A DNA stretch of 64,000 nucleotides from the NCBI GenBank assembly GCA_013265495.1, contig MU058669.1, forward strand, positions 248,001 through 312,000. The letters run 5' to 3'. This document shows, piece by piece, positions 50,151 through 63,669 of this stretch. Made by a program: the position numbers and the translations under genes. Origin of the DNA: Vicugna vicugna (taxonomy: Eukaryota). Position 1 is the first letter of the stretch, and each line of letters starts with the position of its first letter. The notes beneath the pieces were generated by a model. The model saw only the letters and a program-made list of their open reading frames with translations, searched no databases and had not been told where the DNA came from.

Positions 50151-52798
50151 TGGTATTTCATAGCTCCTCAGCAATGAGATTCTGTCATATGAAACACATA
50201 CACTCAGCAACTAACAAAACCCTGAAAAAGTGTAAAATTCTGATGAGTGGGGAGAAAACAGTCTGGTGTTGGCTGAGTGTCTGTGATCATCCTGATAATA
50301 ACAGCCTCTTGAGGATATAATTAGTGCCCTCGAAATTGGAATATGACTGTTTAATAATTTAAGTGAGATCATTGGGATTAATGAATAGCGGTTGAAATTA
50401 AACGTGGGACCATAAATCCCCACAGGCCTGTTACAGTGAGGCAATCATTTATGACAAGGCATCCTAGAAAACAGGGGTCTGGCTGAGGCTAAAGGCATCT
50501 TAACATCTCCTGTAAGGGCCATGTGTTTTCACATTTAAGGTAATCCAGGGTATGCATTCAAAGAAATCGCCCTCTAACCATATCACAAAGCATATATTTA
50601 TGATATCAGGTCTGCTGTTCCTTCATCCAGAGTTTTCCAAGTCTGAGCATCATTTCAACTCTATCGATAGTCTGAGATGCCAGTTAAGAATGCAGATTGC
50701 TGGGGTCCACCCCAGCACCACTGAATCAGAACCTCAGTGAGTACGCCCTAGTAAGCTACATTTTTAACAAGTTCCTCTGTAGCTGCTGATATAGATAAAA
50801 GCTAAGAACCCCTGTTTGCATCCAGATGGAACTGGAGACCACGGGGGACACACTCCAGGTGTGGGCTGCCTGCCTTTGAGGTCACTTTCTCCTTGGCCAC
50901 CAGACTGGAGGGCTCTCCTCAGGGTTCTTTCCCTCCGTGGAAATCAGGATCCTCTTCTATGTCCTACTGGCACTTTTTAGCTCATTAGGCTCTTTCACTT
51001 TCTAATTCCATCTAATCCCTATAAGGAGACCTGAGATAGATGGGGTAGCTCAGCGCTCATCAGCCCATGTTTCAGTGGCCAGTAATAATAGCCAGCATAG
51101 CCGCATCACTAACAAGGGCAGTTTACTGAACCCTGACCCTGCCTGGGCCCTGCCGTGGTGCATTATCTCACTGAATCCTCACCCAACCCACGAAAGGGAG
51201 GGTGGCAGTTATGGCTTTCAGGTTGGGAGCGACGGAAACCCAACTCCAACTAGTTTACACAAGAAGAGAAAGTTCTGGTTCGCGGGATGGGGAAAGGAAC
51301 TGGCTGGAGTTAGGTCGGGCTCAGCTGGCATCTCAGGTCGGCTCCCTGGAGGTATCACCATGGCAATGGGGATGGGACAGCACTGGCCAGACAGGCTGGA
51401 CCCACCCTCGTGGCTGGGTGGTATCACTGACCGGCTGTCCCTTCAGGATCACAAGGAATGAGCCGTAGGTGGGGAGCAGTTCACCAAACTGACTACATCC
51501 CCCATCTTCCCTCACCTGGAAGGTGGGGAAGGAGACAGGGTTGTGCGTCTACAGTAAAGAATATTGACAGTCAACTCTGCTCAGGACAAAGGTCTATTTA
51601 TAGGTCGTCTCCATTCACAAGTTGAAGTACCACTTCTTCCGTCATTGGGTGGCAGAAACCTGTTTTCTGGGAAAGGTCAGGGCTGGTCTTTCCTCCCTCC
51701 TGGTTACAACAAATCTGCTGGCTATTGTGGAGGTTCTGGGGAGGTAACAGTCAGTTTGAGTCTTCCATTAACGGAAGCTGGAGTGCAGTTATTATTTAGA
51801 ATTTTCTAGGGCATATATTCTGACAGCACACACACACAAAATAATTAAAAGTTTCTGAGAAGACTGGGCAGAAACAGCCATATGATTCCATCTGTTTTCA
51901 CCTTCACTACAGATTATCAGCAATGCCCGATAAATCCCATTCATTAACAGGCACAGGAATGGAGGACGTACAGTTGACAGTGGGTTACTGGTTATTTTGA
52001 GATTCCTGGTTGCTCATAAATAATGTGGGCATCTCTGAAGTGGTCTGCATTTATGAAGAAAACAAAATTAAAAAAAATTTCTTAATCATTCTGGGAGGAG
52101 TGAATATTTCGGTCTTTCAGGAGAAGGACCTGAGTATACACAAGGATCCCAAAGGTTGAAAAAGGCAGTCTGCATCGGTTAATACTTTACAGGACCCAAC
52201 ATCCCTAAGGGGCACCAGAGGAAAGAATGTTACTATGGTCTTCACATGCCTGTTTCTTTGTTCTACATAATGATGCAAAAATTACATTTTCATGGGACTT
52301 TGCTATTTGAGATAGTAAAGCAAGAGAATAAAAAGAGAGAAAAGAGAAATTAAACCTTCAGTGCCCACGGACACCATACTGATTGACGGTGCTGCGATTT
52401 TCTCCTTTTAATTTTTGGAATAAGCCATGTATAAATGTGTGGGTCTGGCCTTCCTGATCTTCAGAGCTGTCAAGCATTGCCTGTTTTTGGCTATGAAAAT
52501 TGGTAACATTTTAAGCCTCCGGTGTTTACAGATCTGAAGGTGCCTCTGGATTCAAATCAAACCAAGATTGGCTCTGGAGCTGTGGCTGCCTGATAAAGAC
52601 GTGACTGAACCTTTCAAAGGGGCTGGGAGTTTTGCAAGGAAATTGGGAAGAGTCCCTGAAGTGTCTTTTGGCAATGAGTCCATTTCACAGCCGCCTGTGC
52701 GTCTGGCATTGGGCAGCAGGTTAGAGCTAATGCCTGGGCTGATGTGCTTTATCAACCTGCTAGAACCAATGTTATTTAGAGGAGTTGGCTAATATTTA

Positions 52799-53444
52799 TG
52801 TAACCAAGCAGGAGGACCCTTCCTGGGACAGACCCCCTACCCCCATGTCCTCCCCTGGCCTCCTGTTTGTAGAAAAGCTTTAGTCTCTCAGGCCTCCCCT
52901 GAGTCTCAAAAGGCTGTCTCAGGAGTTAATGATTAGGAATTGTGAAGATGTAGAAACTAAGAATACTTGTTGGGTCTGGAAATGGGTAACAATTTAGACT
53001 ATAAATCAATCAGATAGCAGAGTCACCCAACTCCCAGTACCCTGAAAGATACAGATAAAAGTCTGACAAACATTCCTAAGTTTTTTCGATAGGAAGCAGA
53101 CCCCCACCAGAAAAGTGTTGACTGTAAGCACACAGACCCCAGGCCAGTGGGAAATCAGAAGATACACGATGCTTGAAACTTCATCTTGATGCCAACCAGT
53201 CCGAGAATTGTGCACGCGCTGACCACGCACCCTGCAGCCCCCTCCCTCACACTGCCTTGAAAACCTTTATCTCCCAACCAGCAATCTGAAGGAGGTATAA
53301 GGACATTAGTTCACCATCTTCCAAGTTGCTGGCCTCCTGAATAAAGTAAATTTCCCCTTTCCACAAACACTTGTCTCTTGAGTACTGGCCTTTCGAGTGG
53401 CAAGCAGCTGACCTTAGGTTTGGTACCAGCTTCATCCAGTTACA
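52799..53444 (+). mobile_element. ERV1-class solo LTR, 646 bp
   Basis: Terminal inverted repeat TGTAAC…GTTACA and a perfect 4-bp TSD TTTA (52795-52798 and 53445-53448). AATAAA at 53340. The 5' part resembles the LTR at 3997. Confidence 0.9.
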
Positions 53445-55867
53445 TTTATAGTGAATGAAAACAGTAGAACATACTTCTTAGACAAATGCATGTGTATCAA
53501 ACATCATGACTCAACATTTCATATCTTTACCGTAAAGTTTTGTTGCTGTTTTTACCTAAAAGTTGTTTTATTTAGGAGGTGGGATATGGAGAGCAAGTGA
53601 AGTCCTTGTACTTTGGTTTGAACCTTCTATTACATATGGATTTTCCCATCAGGCAAATGCTGACTACTAAGAGGTTTCCAGTAAAATTAGGTAGAATATG
53701 TTTCAATTGCTTACAACAGCGTCTGGCACATGGTAAGCACTACCCAGCGTTCTGCAGCATTACTATTATTGCTGTTATTGCCCACTCCCCTCTGTGAGGC
53801 AGACGAAACCAGCCCTCGCAGCTCCCCACGTATCAAGCTAAATGGGAAGGATGGGAAGGGACTTGGTTGGTCTGCACTCCATCAAGTTAGGTACTGAAGA
53901 ACCTCTCACTTTTATATCAGCCTCAAATATCATCTCCCTCTGGACTCTGAGTAAATAACAATTCACGTCTGCCCTCGGCTGGCAGACAGGCCCAGGAGCT
54001 TTGTGAAGACAGACTCTGACATGGGGGGGGGGCAGCGCTTTGCTCTCTCCCTGGGGACCCTATTCCAAGGACCTCCAACCGCCAGTTTCACTGGGTTTTG
54101 CTTCCCCCATTGTGTTTTTAAGGGAACACTAAAACCCTGGAAAAGGTTAGACTTCAATCCTCACAAGAAAATCAAGAGAATATCAGCAATTTAGCACAGT
54201 TTTACTGGGCCAAGTTTTTGAAATATAGAAGGCTCACCTACTCCAATAGAAGCATCACCTTTCTGAAAATATAATGCAGCTATTTTCCACTACAGAAACG
54301 ACTCTTTCCCAAACATCAGAGCTTTTGATGCTTCAGACACAATCTGAGCGATTTATTTGATTTTTTTTTACCATCCCAGTAAATCATTTATACAGTGCTT
54401 GATTCACAAAATCCTGGTTCTTTTTTAAAAGAGGCACAAAACATCCCATAAACACATCGACTCCTGTATCCTGTGTTCCTGCCAGCTATCCACCAAAAGG
54501 TTTATAGATTTCCCTCATTATAAACTAATTGATATTCTGTAATAGCTTTAATCTTCTTAGCAGTTCTCTCCTCTGGAGTCTGAGAGAGAAGCATTCAGGA
54601 TGTTATATTAAAGGAGAAGAGAATCAAGAAGCCTGTGGGTTTTCTTAGTGGTAAGACGCCCTAGAGACTGACACTTAAGTGTGGGATTCTTAAGATTACG
54701 GAACCCATCGTAGGGAAGATCAATCCCTCTCATCATACAGGATTATGAATCAGGAGGAGACTCCTCTAAGGGCAGGTAAGCAGTTTAGGACACCTCCCAC
54801 CAATCTCTCTGAGCCTCAGTTTTATCATCTGTAAGATGGAACTGCTTCCCCTGACTTCATATTTCCAAAAAGGGAACAATATTTCCTTTCTGGGGTGGCC
54901 GGGAAAGGTGATGCCGGGCAGGCCTTTGCCCGCCCAGCCTGCTTAGCCCTTTCCTCCTAGCAGCGCTCACTGGCACAGGCCCTGCCCTGCCAGGGAGGCT
55001 CACAGTTTCTCAGCTGCTAAGCCTGTCCCTGTGTCAATTAGCTCAGGAAGAAAGTGGTAGGAACAGATCCACAGTGTGTTCTCTGCATCAGACTCTCCAA
55101 AAACACACCTAATATTCTGGAGTCATTTGAATCCTGTCTCTATGTCACAACTGACTCAAAGGAGAGGTGTGACAGTCATTTTATAATGATAAGGGGAAAT
55201 GACTGTAGAAAAGTGAGCGAAAGAAACCTGAATACAAAGTTAAATAGGACTGGAGGTCCACTGCACAAAGTGTAACGTAAAGGGACGAAATGCAGATTCA
55301 CACTGTGGAATATTACCTAGCCATTAAAAAACAGATGAGTCAGCTCTATCCCTACTGACCTGAGGGATGTCTGTGGTACATTAACAGGGGAAAAAAGAAG
55401 AGCAATATGTACAGTGTGATCCTATTAAAGGGGGAGAAAAAAACATGTAAAGACTAGAGGGGAAAGCTCTAGAATCAGAATGTTTTTAAATCAAAGCTCT
55501 GCCTCTTTGAACTAAGCAGACATTGCCATTTCTTTGAACTCTCTGTATCTCAGTTTTCTCATCTGCAAAATGGGGATTAAAATATTACCTTTTTTAAGTA
55601 GAAAAGGAGGTTTGAGATCATTAAGTCCAGTGGTTTTCACACTGGGAAGGACAGAAGTGCTGTGGTGATGAATGAGAGGATACACCGAGCACAGATGCTC
55701 AGTAAGAGTTAGCTCTCACTATTACAGGTTAGTATTATGGTGCAGAAAGGTCTAGAAGGATACATGCCAGAATGCTGACATTAGGTACCTCAGGTGGAAT
55801 GCAACTAGAGGGGGACTGGGAGGATATGAAAAAGAAAATGGAAACGAAAAGACACTGGGACTCAAAG

Positions 55868-56829
55868 GAGATATACAGATAGCAGATCAGATGCTCAACA
55901 GCAAATATCTTAGGGAATTGCAAATTCAAAGAAGAAAGAGAAACCACACCTGTTAGAATGGCAAAATTCCAAAACACTGATAACACCAAATGCTGACAAG
56001 GATGCAGAGCAACAGGAACTCTCATTCACTGCCGGTGGGAATGCACAATGGTAGTCACTTTGGAAGACAGTGTGGCAGTTTCTTACACAACTAAACATAT
56101 TCTTACCATATGATCCAGCAGTTGTGTTCCTTGGTATTTACCTAAGTGAGCTGAAAACTTATGTCTACACAAAAACCCATACACTGATGTTTACAGCAGC
56201 TTTATTCATAACTGCCAAAACTTGGAAGCAACCAAGATACCCTTCAGTAGGTGAAGGGATAAATAAACTATGGTACATTCAGATGAGGGTCTATTATTCA
56301 GCACTAAGAAGAAATGAGCTACAGGCCATAAAAAGACATGAGGGAATCTTAAATACATATTACTAAGCGAAAGGATCCAATATGAAAAGACTGCAAGCTG
56401 TATGATTCCAATTTTATCAGACATTCTGAAAAAGGCAAAACTATGGAGACAGTAAAAAGGTTAGTGGTTGCCAGGGGTTAGGAGGGAGGTGGGGATGAAC
56501 AGGCAGAGCACAGAGAATTTTTAGGGCAGTGAACTACTCTGTATGACACTATAATGGTAGATACACATCATTATACGCTTGTCCAAATCCATGAAGTATT
56601 TAACACCAAGAGTGTACCTTAATACAAACTGTGGATTTGGGGTGATAACGACATAATGCAGGTTCGTCCATTGTAACAAACGTACGCCTCTGGTACAGGT
56701 GCAGGATGCTGATGGGGGGGGAATGTACGAAGGAGGTGGAAGGGTACATGGGAACTCTCTGTGCTCTCACCTTAATTTCACTGTGTATCTAAAACTGCCC
56801 TAAAAATAAGGCCTATTTAAATTAAAAAA
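55868..56829 (+). mobile_element. L1MC-type 3' fragment
   Basis: ORF2-end remnant (…YDPAVVFLGIYLSELKTYVYTKTHTLMFTAALFITAKTWKQPRYPS…) followed by an L1MC-like 3' UTR and A-tail. Confidence 0.85.
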
Positions 56830-57438
56830 CCAATACTGGGAAAGGGGGGAAGCCTAAATGCTAACAGTAATTGCCTCTAGGGAAGAGACTCTTTCTGCAC
56901 TTTCGACATTTCCTCCCTGATTCCTAGCCTGCTGTCCTCCCTGTCTGGAACATTCTTCCCCTTCCTTACCCTAAGGAGCAGTATCAACTTATCCCTTAGG
57001 ATCGAGTTTAGCCAGAAGTTTCTCTGGGGAGTCTTCCCTGATCTTCTCTGTGCTCGACAGCGCCTGGACCTCCACCAAGTGGTACATGTTGCTTAGTTTT
57101 ACAATTGCCCGTTAGCTTGTCGGTCTGCCCTGCTGGGTGTGGGCGTTAGAAAAGAAGCCTATTTTATTCCCGATGTAGCCCCAGCATCTACTGCAGAGAC
57201 ATGCACAGAGTCATTTCATGAATTTTGCTGAATATATGAATATGAATTAAGTCAGGACAAATGTAGAGAAAAAAAAAAAGCAACACAAAATTCAAGGTGA
57301 AAAGAACCCAAACTATGAAAGTGGGGAATGGCCACCCCAACAGTTGTGGTGGTCCTAGAAGCAAACTAAGGCTGTGAGAGAGATGACAAGAAATGAGGAA
57401 CAGATGCTCATGGGTCTGTGTCAGGAGTGGTGTGCTGA

Positions 57439-58395
57439 AGCTCATACAACTTAGTAACAAAAAAAACCCAAACAACCTAATCAAAAAATGGGCAGAAGAC
57501 CTACACAAGCAATTCACCATTGAAGACATACAGATGTCCAAGAGGCACATGAAAAGATGCTCAATATCTCAAATTATCAGAGAAATGCAAATCAAAACTA
57601 CAGTGAGGTATCATCTTATACTGGTTAGAATGGCCATCATTAAAAAGTCTACAAAGTCTGTTAGCGAGGGTGTGGAGAAAAGGGAACCCTCCTACACTGT
57701 TGATGGTAATGTAATTTAGTGCAGCTATTATGGAAAACAGGATTAAAAAACTAAAAATAGACTTACCACATGATCCAGCAATCCNNNNNNNNNNNNNNNN
57801 NNNNNNNNNNNNNNNNNNNNNNNNNNNNNNNNNNNNNNNNNNNNNNNNNNNNNNNNNNNNNNNNNNNNNNNNNNNNNNNNNNNNNNNNNNNNNNNNNNNN
57901 NNNNNNNNNNNNNNNNNNNNNNNNNNNNNNNNNNNNNNNNNNNNNNNNNNNNNNNNNNNNNTAAAAAAGAATAATGCCATTTGCAGCAACATGGATGGAC
58001 CTAGAGATTATCATACTAAGTGAAGTAAATCAGACAAAGACAAATACCATGTGATATCACTTATATGTGGTATCTTTTAAAAAATAGCACAAATGAACTT
58101 ATTTACAAAATAGAAACAGACTCAGACATAGAAAACAAACTTATAGTTACCAGGGGGTAATGGTAGGGAAGGGATAAATTAGGAGTTCTGGATTTGCAGA
58201 TAGTAACTACTATACATAAAATAGATAAACAACAAGGTCCTACTGTTTAGCACAGGGAACTATACTCAATATCTTGTAATAACCTATAATGATAAATAAT
58301 ATGAAAAAGAATATAGATATATATAACAGATTCAGTTGCTGTACACCAGAAACTAACACAACTTTGTAAATCAACTATACTTCAATTAAAAAAAA
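57439..58395 (+). mobile_element. 5'-truncated cetartiodactyl-type L1 spanning an assembly gap
   Basis: ORF2 C-terminal remnant ([13 protein letters not shown]…[24 protein letters not shown]…RMAIIKK), then 3' UTR and A-tail. Confidence 0.9.
57785..57961. other. Assembly gap (177 N) inside an L1
   Basis: N run seen directly, with L1 sequence on both sides. Confidence 0.98.
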
Positions 58396-61300
58396 TCTTT
58401 CTTTAAAGACTCTGGAATGAAAAAACGAATAGTGTGTTGAAATGCAAATTGGGTCAGGGCAAATGGATCTCCTTGACGTGTCCCCAGGGCTGGCATGGTG
58501 TGGCAGTCCAGGTCAGAGTTAATAAGCCTGTTGTGGAAAGAAGACCTCGGACTGTGGTCCCCATGATGAGAATCTCTATCATGTGCACCAATGGGCCCTG
58601 CAAAGTCCATATTCTCTCTGGCACCAGTCACTGCCAACAACCCATTGATAATTCTGCAAATGCTTGCTTTAGAGCCTCCTTTCAGGGAACCCCTCCCTGT
58701 GCACATTTTTGTTTGTTTGTTTGCTGATGGGGAGCCGAGTGGGGGAAATGATGTCAGGGAGATCATATCACAGCCTTTCATTTCTGTACCTTACTCCAGG
58801 CAGCCCATAGCTCATCCAAAGACAATAATCCTTACCATTAATACATACCCCTTTTTTGGGGGGGAAACCAACACTGCGGAGGGGAAGGAGAAGAACAGAA
58901 GGAAACAAATGAACAAAGGCTCCTCTTGCTTTTCCCTAATAAAGATCTCCATCTGGGCAGTGCAACCTGGAGGCAGGTCTGCCACCCTACACCCTCGCCT
59001 CTCTTTCTCACGAGTGCAAAAAACACCTCCATGCCCTCCTAATCTTCCAGACAAGCCCCCACATTCGAAGAGCTGTGGAGACCCCTGGAAAGCCTCGCAG
59101 TGCTCTATCTGCAGGCAGGGCCGGGATTATTCCGGTGTCAGCGTCGGCCTTCATTCTAGTCCCCAGTGCCGCCTGCACAGAGCTCTGAATCTTATTTTAA
59201 GAATTCATCTGCTCCAATTTTGTCTCCTACCCGAGGTCTCGACCCTTAGCTGAATTACAATTAGTTACCCTGAGGATCCTGGAAGAGGCTCATTTCAGAA
59301 GAAAATGCCTTCTGCCAGGCAGTGCCAATCTAGCCTGTAGTTAGCATCTGTGAATTTCAACACTGAGACCTGTGCCTCTCGCTCACATGGCCCAGAGAAA
59401 TCCGTCTTTCATGCTGGCTCGTATCTGCCATACTTTAGACAGGCCTCTCCATAATTCTGAAATTGTTTCTCCCAAATCTCATTTTTAAAACAATCACTGC
59501 TGAGTAAGTTTTCTTCCAAAGCTGCCTTGAGAATTTCTTCTTGAAACAAGAATAATGATTGCTTTTCTGAAGAACACAGATTGCAAAATCTGACAGCTAA
59601 TGTGCAGGACTAAGGGATGTGAGGTGAGATTTTTCCTCTGGGTTCCATGCCCGATTCGTGGAGAAAAGGGGGCAACAACCAGGGGCCTCAGTTCTCATTC
59701 TCATCTGCGAAATGGGAGAGTTATCTGTGCTCTTTTCTCTTTTACGAGGGTTTGGGAATGGCACCACACTGGATTAATAGTTTTGCTCTCTGGAAAAATA
59801 GATGCACTTGGAGTCATTCTTATGAAATGTACCTTTTCTTTCTCAAGAACGCTAGAGTCCATTTTTATGGGCAAGGATCATGTTATTTTCACCACCGAGT
59901 CAGTACTGAGGAAATTGGGATATTAGAGATGAAAACTGTTACAGTCCAGGATTGGCTGTGTTTGATAAGGAGCTCTTTTTAGTAAGAAGTTTGCTCTTTA
60001 ATATAATGGAAACTGATATGCTGAGAAGCATCCTGGGGAGCAGAAGAGAGCAATGTGCTTCTGCAGATGTTTCATATAAGCAGCTGAGGTAGGGGACAAA
60101 GCTGAACTGGGAGCCCAGAGATGGGATTCTTGTCCCTCCTTTGTAACCAGCTGGCCATGTGCTCTTAGTGAAGCCTGTCCACTGATCCAGGACTTAGGTT
60201 TCCCATCTGTAAAATGGGCAGGTTGAGTTACAGCCGTGATTTTCACACATTTTTAAGCAGTGGAGCTCCTCTTAGTGAACAATTTTTCAGAAATCAAATA
60301 TAGGCCATGCTAGGAGAGGTACCTGAACCCCACATGGGCCTGCGAGGTTCTCCACAGGCCTCACAGTGCTCCCTGAGGCATCCCTGGTCCTCTACTCTAC
60401 TGCTCAGAGGCACATGCTGAAAGCCTCTAGCTTAGGTAACCTTGTAACTCTTTCCTGATTGAACAAGGAGAAATGCTGCTTCTAATCGGGCTGATGCTTG
60501 GTCCCTCTGGAGGACTAACGCCCAGTGATGCTCAGAGATGAATCCTGCCAAGGGTTACGGGTCTGCCTCCAGGACAGCTGATGCTTCAGAAAACAGGGGA
60601 CAGGGACCTGAGCCCAAAGCACAAAGATGCGGGCCAGCACCAGTCACCAAAGGCACTGCTGTGTCTTCCACGGCAGAATCTCTCACGCTGACTGAAGATG
60701 ACCCTGCTGCCAGCGACGGTTTTCTGTGTGTGCGTATAGCTGCAGCTGCCATATACTTCCCTTCTTCCCTCCCTCCCTCCTTAATCATTCATCCACCAAT
60801 TCACAAACATTTCTTAACCACCCGCTTCTGGACCACAAGTGGTCTAGTGAGGAAGGCTGATAACGGAGGGATCAGCGAACAGCCCTGCGACCCTGCGTGG
60901 AGAAGAGAGCACAGCGGCAGCGGTGGGGGACCAAGGGGAAGATGGAGTAAGAGGAGCCAGCAGCCGTGGGAAGCGCTGGGAAGAGGGTGTCCAGGCAGAG
61001 GGACCAGCACAGGAAGATCCCGAGGCAGGATGGAGCCTGGCGTGCTCCAAGACAGAGGCCCTGCTGTGGCTGGAACACGAAGAGGGGGAGCAAGAGACCG
61101 CCTGCAATCCTCAGTGCCGTGGCCTTCCAGAACCTGAGGGGAGGCTGGGGTGTCCGCCCTGAGGAACTGCGGCTGTGTGCACGCTGCAGCACAGCAAACG
61201 GACATCAATTAATCACTTGAGCTGTGTGCTCATTTACTGTCATTTTCTCTTCCCAGCTGAGAGCCCATGGCCTGAGGGTGGCGGGCCTAAACTGGGGGAA

Positions 61301-61739
61301 GGATGGGGCTGGGAGAGGAGATGGGGTAAAGGAAAGCAGAAGAAAGGGAGGACAGGCAGTGGCAGAGCACGGGTCTGGGACTCCGAGTCCACAGGCCTGG
61401 GTGTTCCGCTCACCGGCTGTGTGTCTGGGCGGGTCACTTGACCCCAGCTCCTCATCAGAGACTGTTGTCAAGAATCAATGAGATCATGTACAGGCCTGAC
61501 ATGCAGAAATGGTCCCCAAACGATGCATGGACGGGGAGACAATTTAGGCGGAAGGTGGGACAATCGCACATCTGCTTAGTGTTTTACAAATTGCAAAGTC
61601 CTTTCAACCACAAAAAGGGGGAGACCATACCTCCATGTCTGTATACTTATCCCTGACTCCCCCCACAACAATAATGTCATGATGTCAATAAATGATGTCA
61701 ACAACGATAACAATAATACCAAGCTAAAATGCTTACTTC

Positions 61740-62520
61740 TTTGTTTTTTCTCCTTTTTGCTGTGTACTTAACACTGATTCACTTTGTGTGTTTAGGATAT
61801 TAGTATCTAATTCATAAGTTAAATTGGTTTTCTTCTATTATACCCTTCTTCCTGTCTTAGATATGAAGTTCACTTTAATCTCACAGTATAATTGGAGGAA
61901 TCTTTCTTTTTTTATTATCTGTAAGTTGTGTAATTATGAGTTCATTTTAATTCCTGATATTATCTATCTGTGCCCTCCATTAAAAATTGATGAATTTTTC
62001 CAAATGTTAACAGATACCTGTAGGTTATCAATGTTTACATGATTGACTTATTATATCATGTATTTGTTTTCTAATTTATTGCTTTCTGCTCTTTAGTATT
62101 TATTATTTGCTTTCCTCTATCTTTGGAGTATTCCATAGAGATTTTTCTATCATCTGACTTTCTTGCTTAACTCACTGTTCTTCAGTCTCATACTATCTGG
62201 TATAATTTCCTCAATGGTCTGCTTTAGAGCCATCCTATTTGCTATCCTCTGTTCTATTTGCTTATTATTCATTACATGCATTTTCTATTTTCCCATGAAC
62301 TATCTTAAAATTGTGCTTTTTAAAATCTCCAAACTATGTTTTAAAAATAAATTTTCATTATTGATTTTGAACCTAATATTGTCATTGTCAGAAAACAGGG
62401 TCTATTGTATACCGATTTGAAATGTATTAAACTTTTTTCAATGGCTTAATGTATCAACATGTTTCATTAATATATTTGAAAATAATGTGTGTTTTCAAGG
62501 GCTTTATAAGACCATTATTT
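61740..62520 (-). mobile_element. Highly degraded T-rich old L1M fragments
   Basis: Strong T/AT skew with antisense L1-like phrases such as tggcttaatgtatcaac…tatttgaaaataatgtgtgtt. Confidence 0.45.
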
Positions 62521-62534
62521 ATTTTGTTGCTTAA

Positions 62535-62730
62535 ATGTTTATTTCCAATGTTCACTATGTGCCAGGCACTGTCTTCAGCACTTTACATGTATTAACTCAT
62601 TTAACAGTCATAGCCACCTAAGAGGTAGATCATAAAGTGATCCCATTTTACAGATGAGGGAGCTGAGGCACAGAGAGGTTAACTGACTGGGTCAAGGTCA
62701 CAAAGCTAGTAAGTGACAGGGCCAGGATTA
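62535..62730 (-). mobile_element. MIR SINE
   Basis: actatgtgccaggcactgt…cactttacatgtattaactcatttaa…cccattttacagatgagg…ctgaggcacagagaggttaa…caaggtcaca. Confidence 0.9.
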
Positions 62731-63210
62731 AAGATGTTACTGTCACCAGGCTCTCTGCTAAAGAACAGAGCTATAGAGACAAGGAGACACACTCCTACCA
62801 TCACTCACCTCACAGACCTTGCTTCGGGGACAAATAAATCTCATATAAGTCACTAGATGCTACTGTAACTGCGGTGGAAGTGCTAAGGACAGAGGAAACA
62901 AGCTCTGATCATTCAGTTGTCAAACATGTAGTAAGCACCTACTATATGCCTAAGAAGCTGGGGATGTGGAGTCAACAAGACAGATGGGGTGGTCCCAGCT
63001 CCTGGAACGTGGAGTCTAGTAGGAGAAACACAACAAGCCAATGTTAACACACACAGTGCTGACATGTTACATTTATTTGTATTTTAACTCTGCCTGTAAT
63101 AAGAGCTAAGAAGGAAAAGTAAAGGGTCCTGTGAGAATGAGTATATGACAAAAGTTACGGAAGACTTTTAGAGGTGCTAAGAAGTTCAAGATACGTGTGC
63201 ATGTATGAGT

Positions 63211-63232
63211 ACACACACACACACACACACAC
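63211..63232. repeat. (AC)11 microsatellite
   Basis: Seen directly. Confidence 0.9.
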
Positions 63233-63509
63233 CACATAATTGGGGGTGCAGTGCTAAACCGGGGCACCAGGCGGCTCACTTTGATTGTTCCGGGGTGTAC
63301 TTAGACTCCCTCTCTTCACTACTCATTAGTGCCTCTGGAGGAAGGTGAGAAGAGGAAAGGGCTTCTCTTGATTCTCCTGCAAGTGGTGAAAGTTCTGATG
63401 CAAAGAATAAGCTTGAGACCATTGGCTGGAGGGCAAATTCTTGGATTTCATTTCTGGCTCCAACTCTGTGTCTCTTAAACCCATGGGTGAGACTCACAGC
63501 TAACAGACA

Positions 63510-63655
63510 CTGCAGTGTGATCTAGTGGTTAAGATCACATGTGTGGGACCAGAGAGACATGGCTTGGTGACCACATCACCACCTAAGAGCTGTGTGACCA
63601 AGGGCAAGTCACTTAACCTCTCTGTTAGCCTCAGTTTTCACATCTGTAAAATGGT
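63510..63655 (+). mobile_element. MIR SINE
   Basis: cagtgtgatctagtggttaaga…gctgtgtgaccaagggcaagtcacttaacctctctg…gcctcagttttcacatctgtaaaatgg. Confidence 0.85.
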
Positions 63656-63669
63656 GTGGCAAATACAAT

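Noticed and set aside
3997..53444. The two ERV LTRs as ends of a single provirus
   Set aside because: Each has its own TSD (CCTT; TTTA), they differ in length and sequence, they lie 48 kb apart with host exons between them, and there is no gag/pol/env.
57561..58023. ORFs containing long X runs
   Set aside because: They are artefacts of translating through the 177-N gap.
58386..59253. Long ORFs (131 aa minus with 'SFHN'; 220 aa plus)
   Set aside because: No recognisable protein similarity and no GALNT exon context; consistent with chance ORFs.
60538..61481. Cluster of overlapping ORFs up to 199 aa
   Set aside because: GC-rich DNA over degraded L2/MIR sequence that is open in several frames on both strands, with no domain signature.
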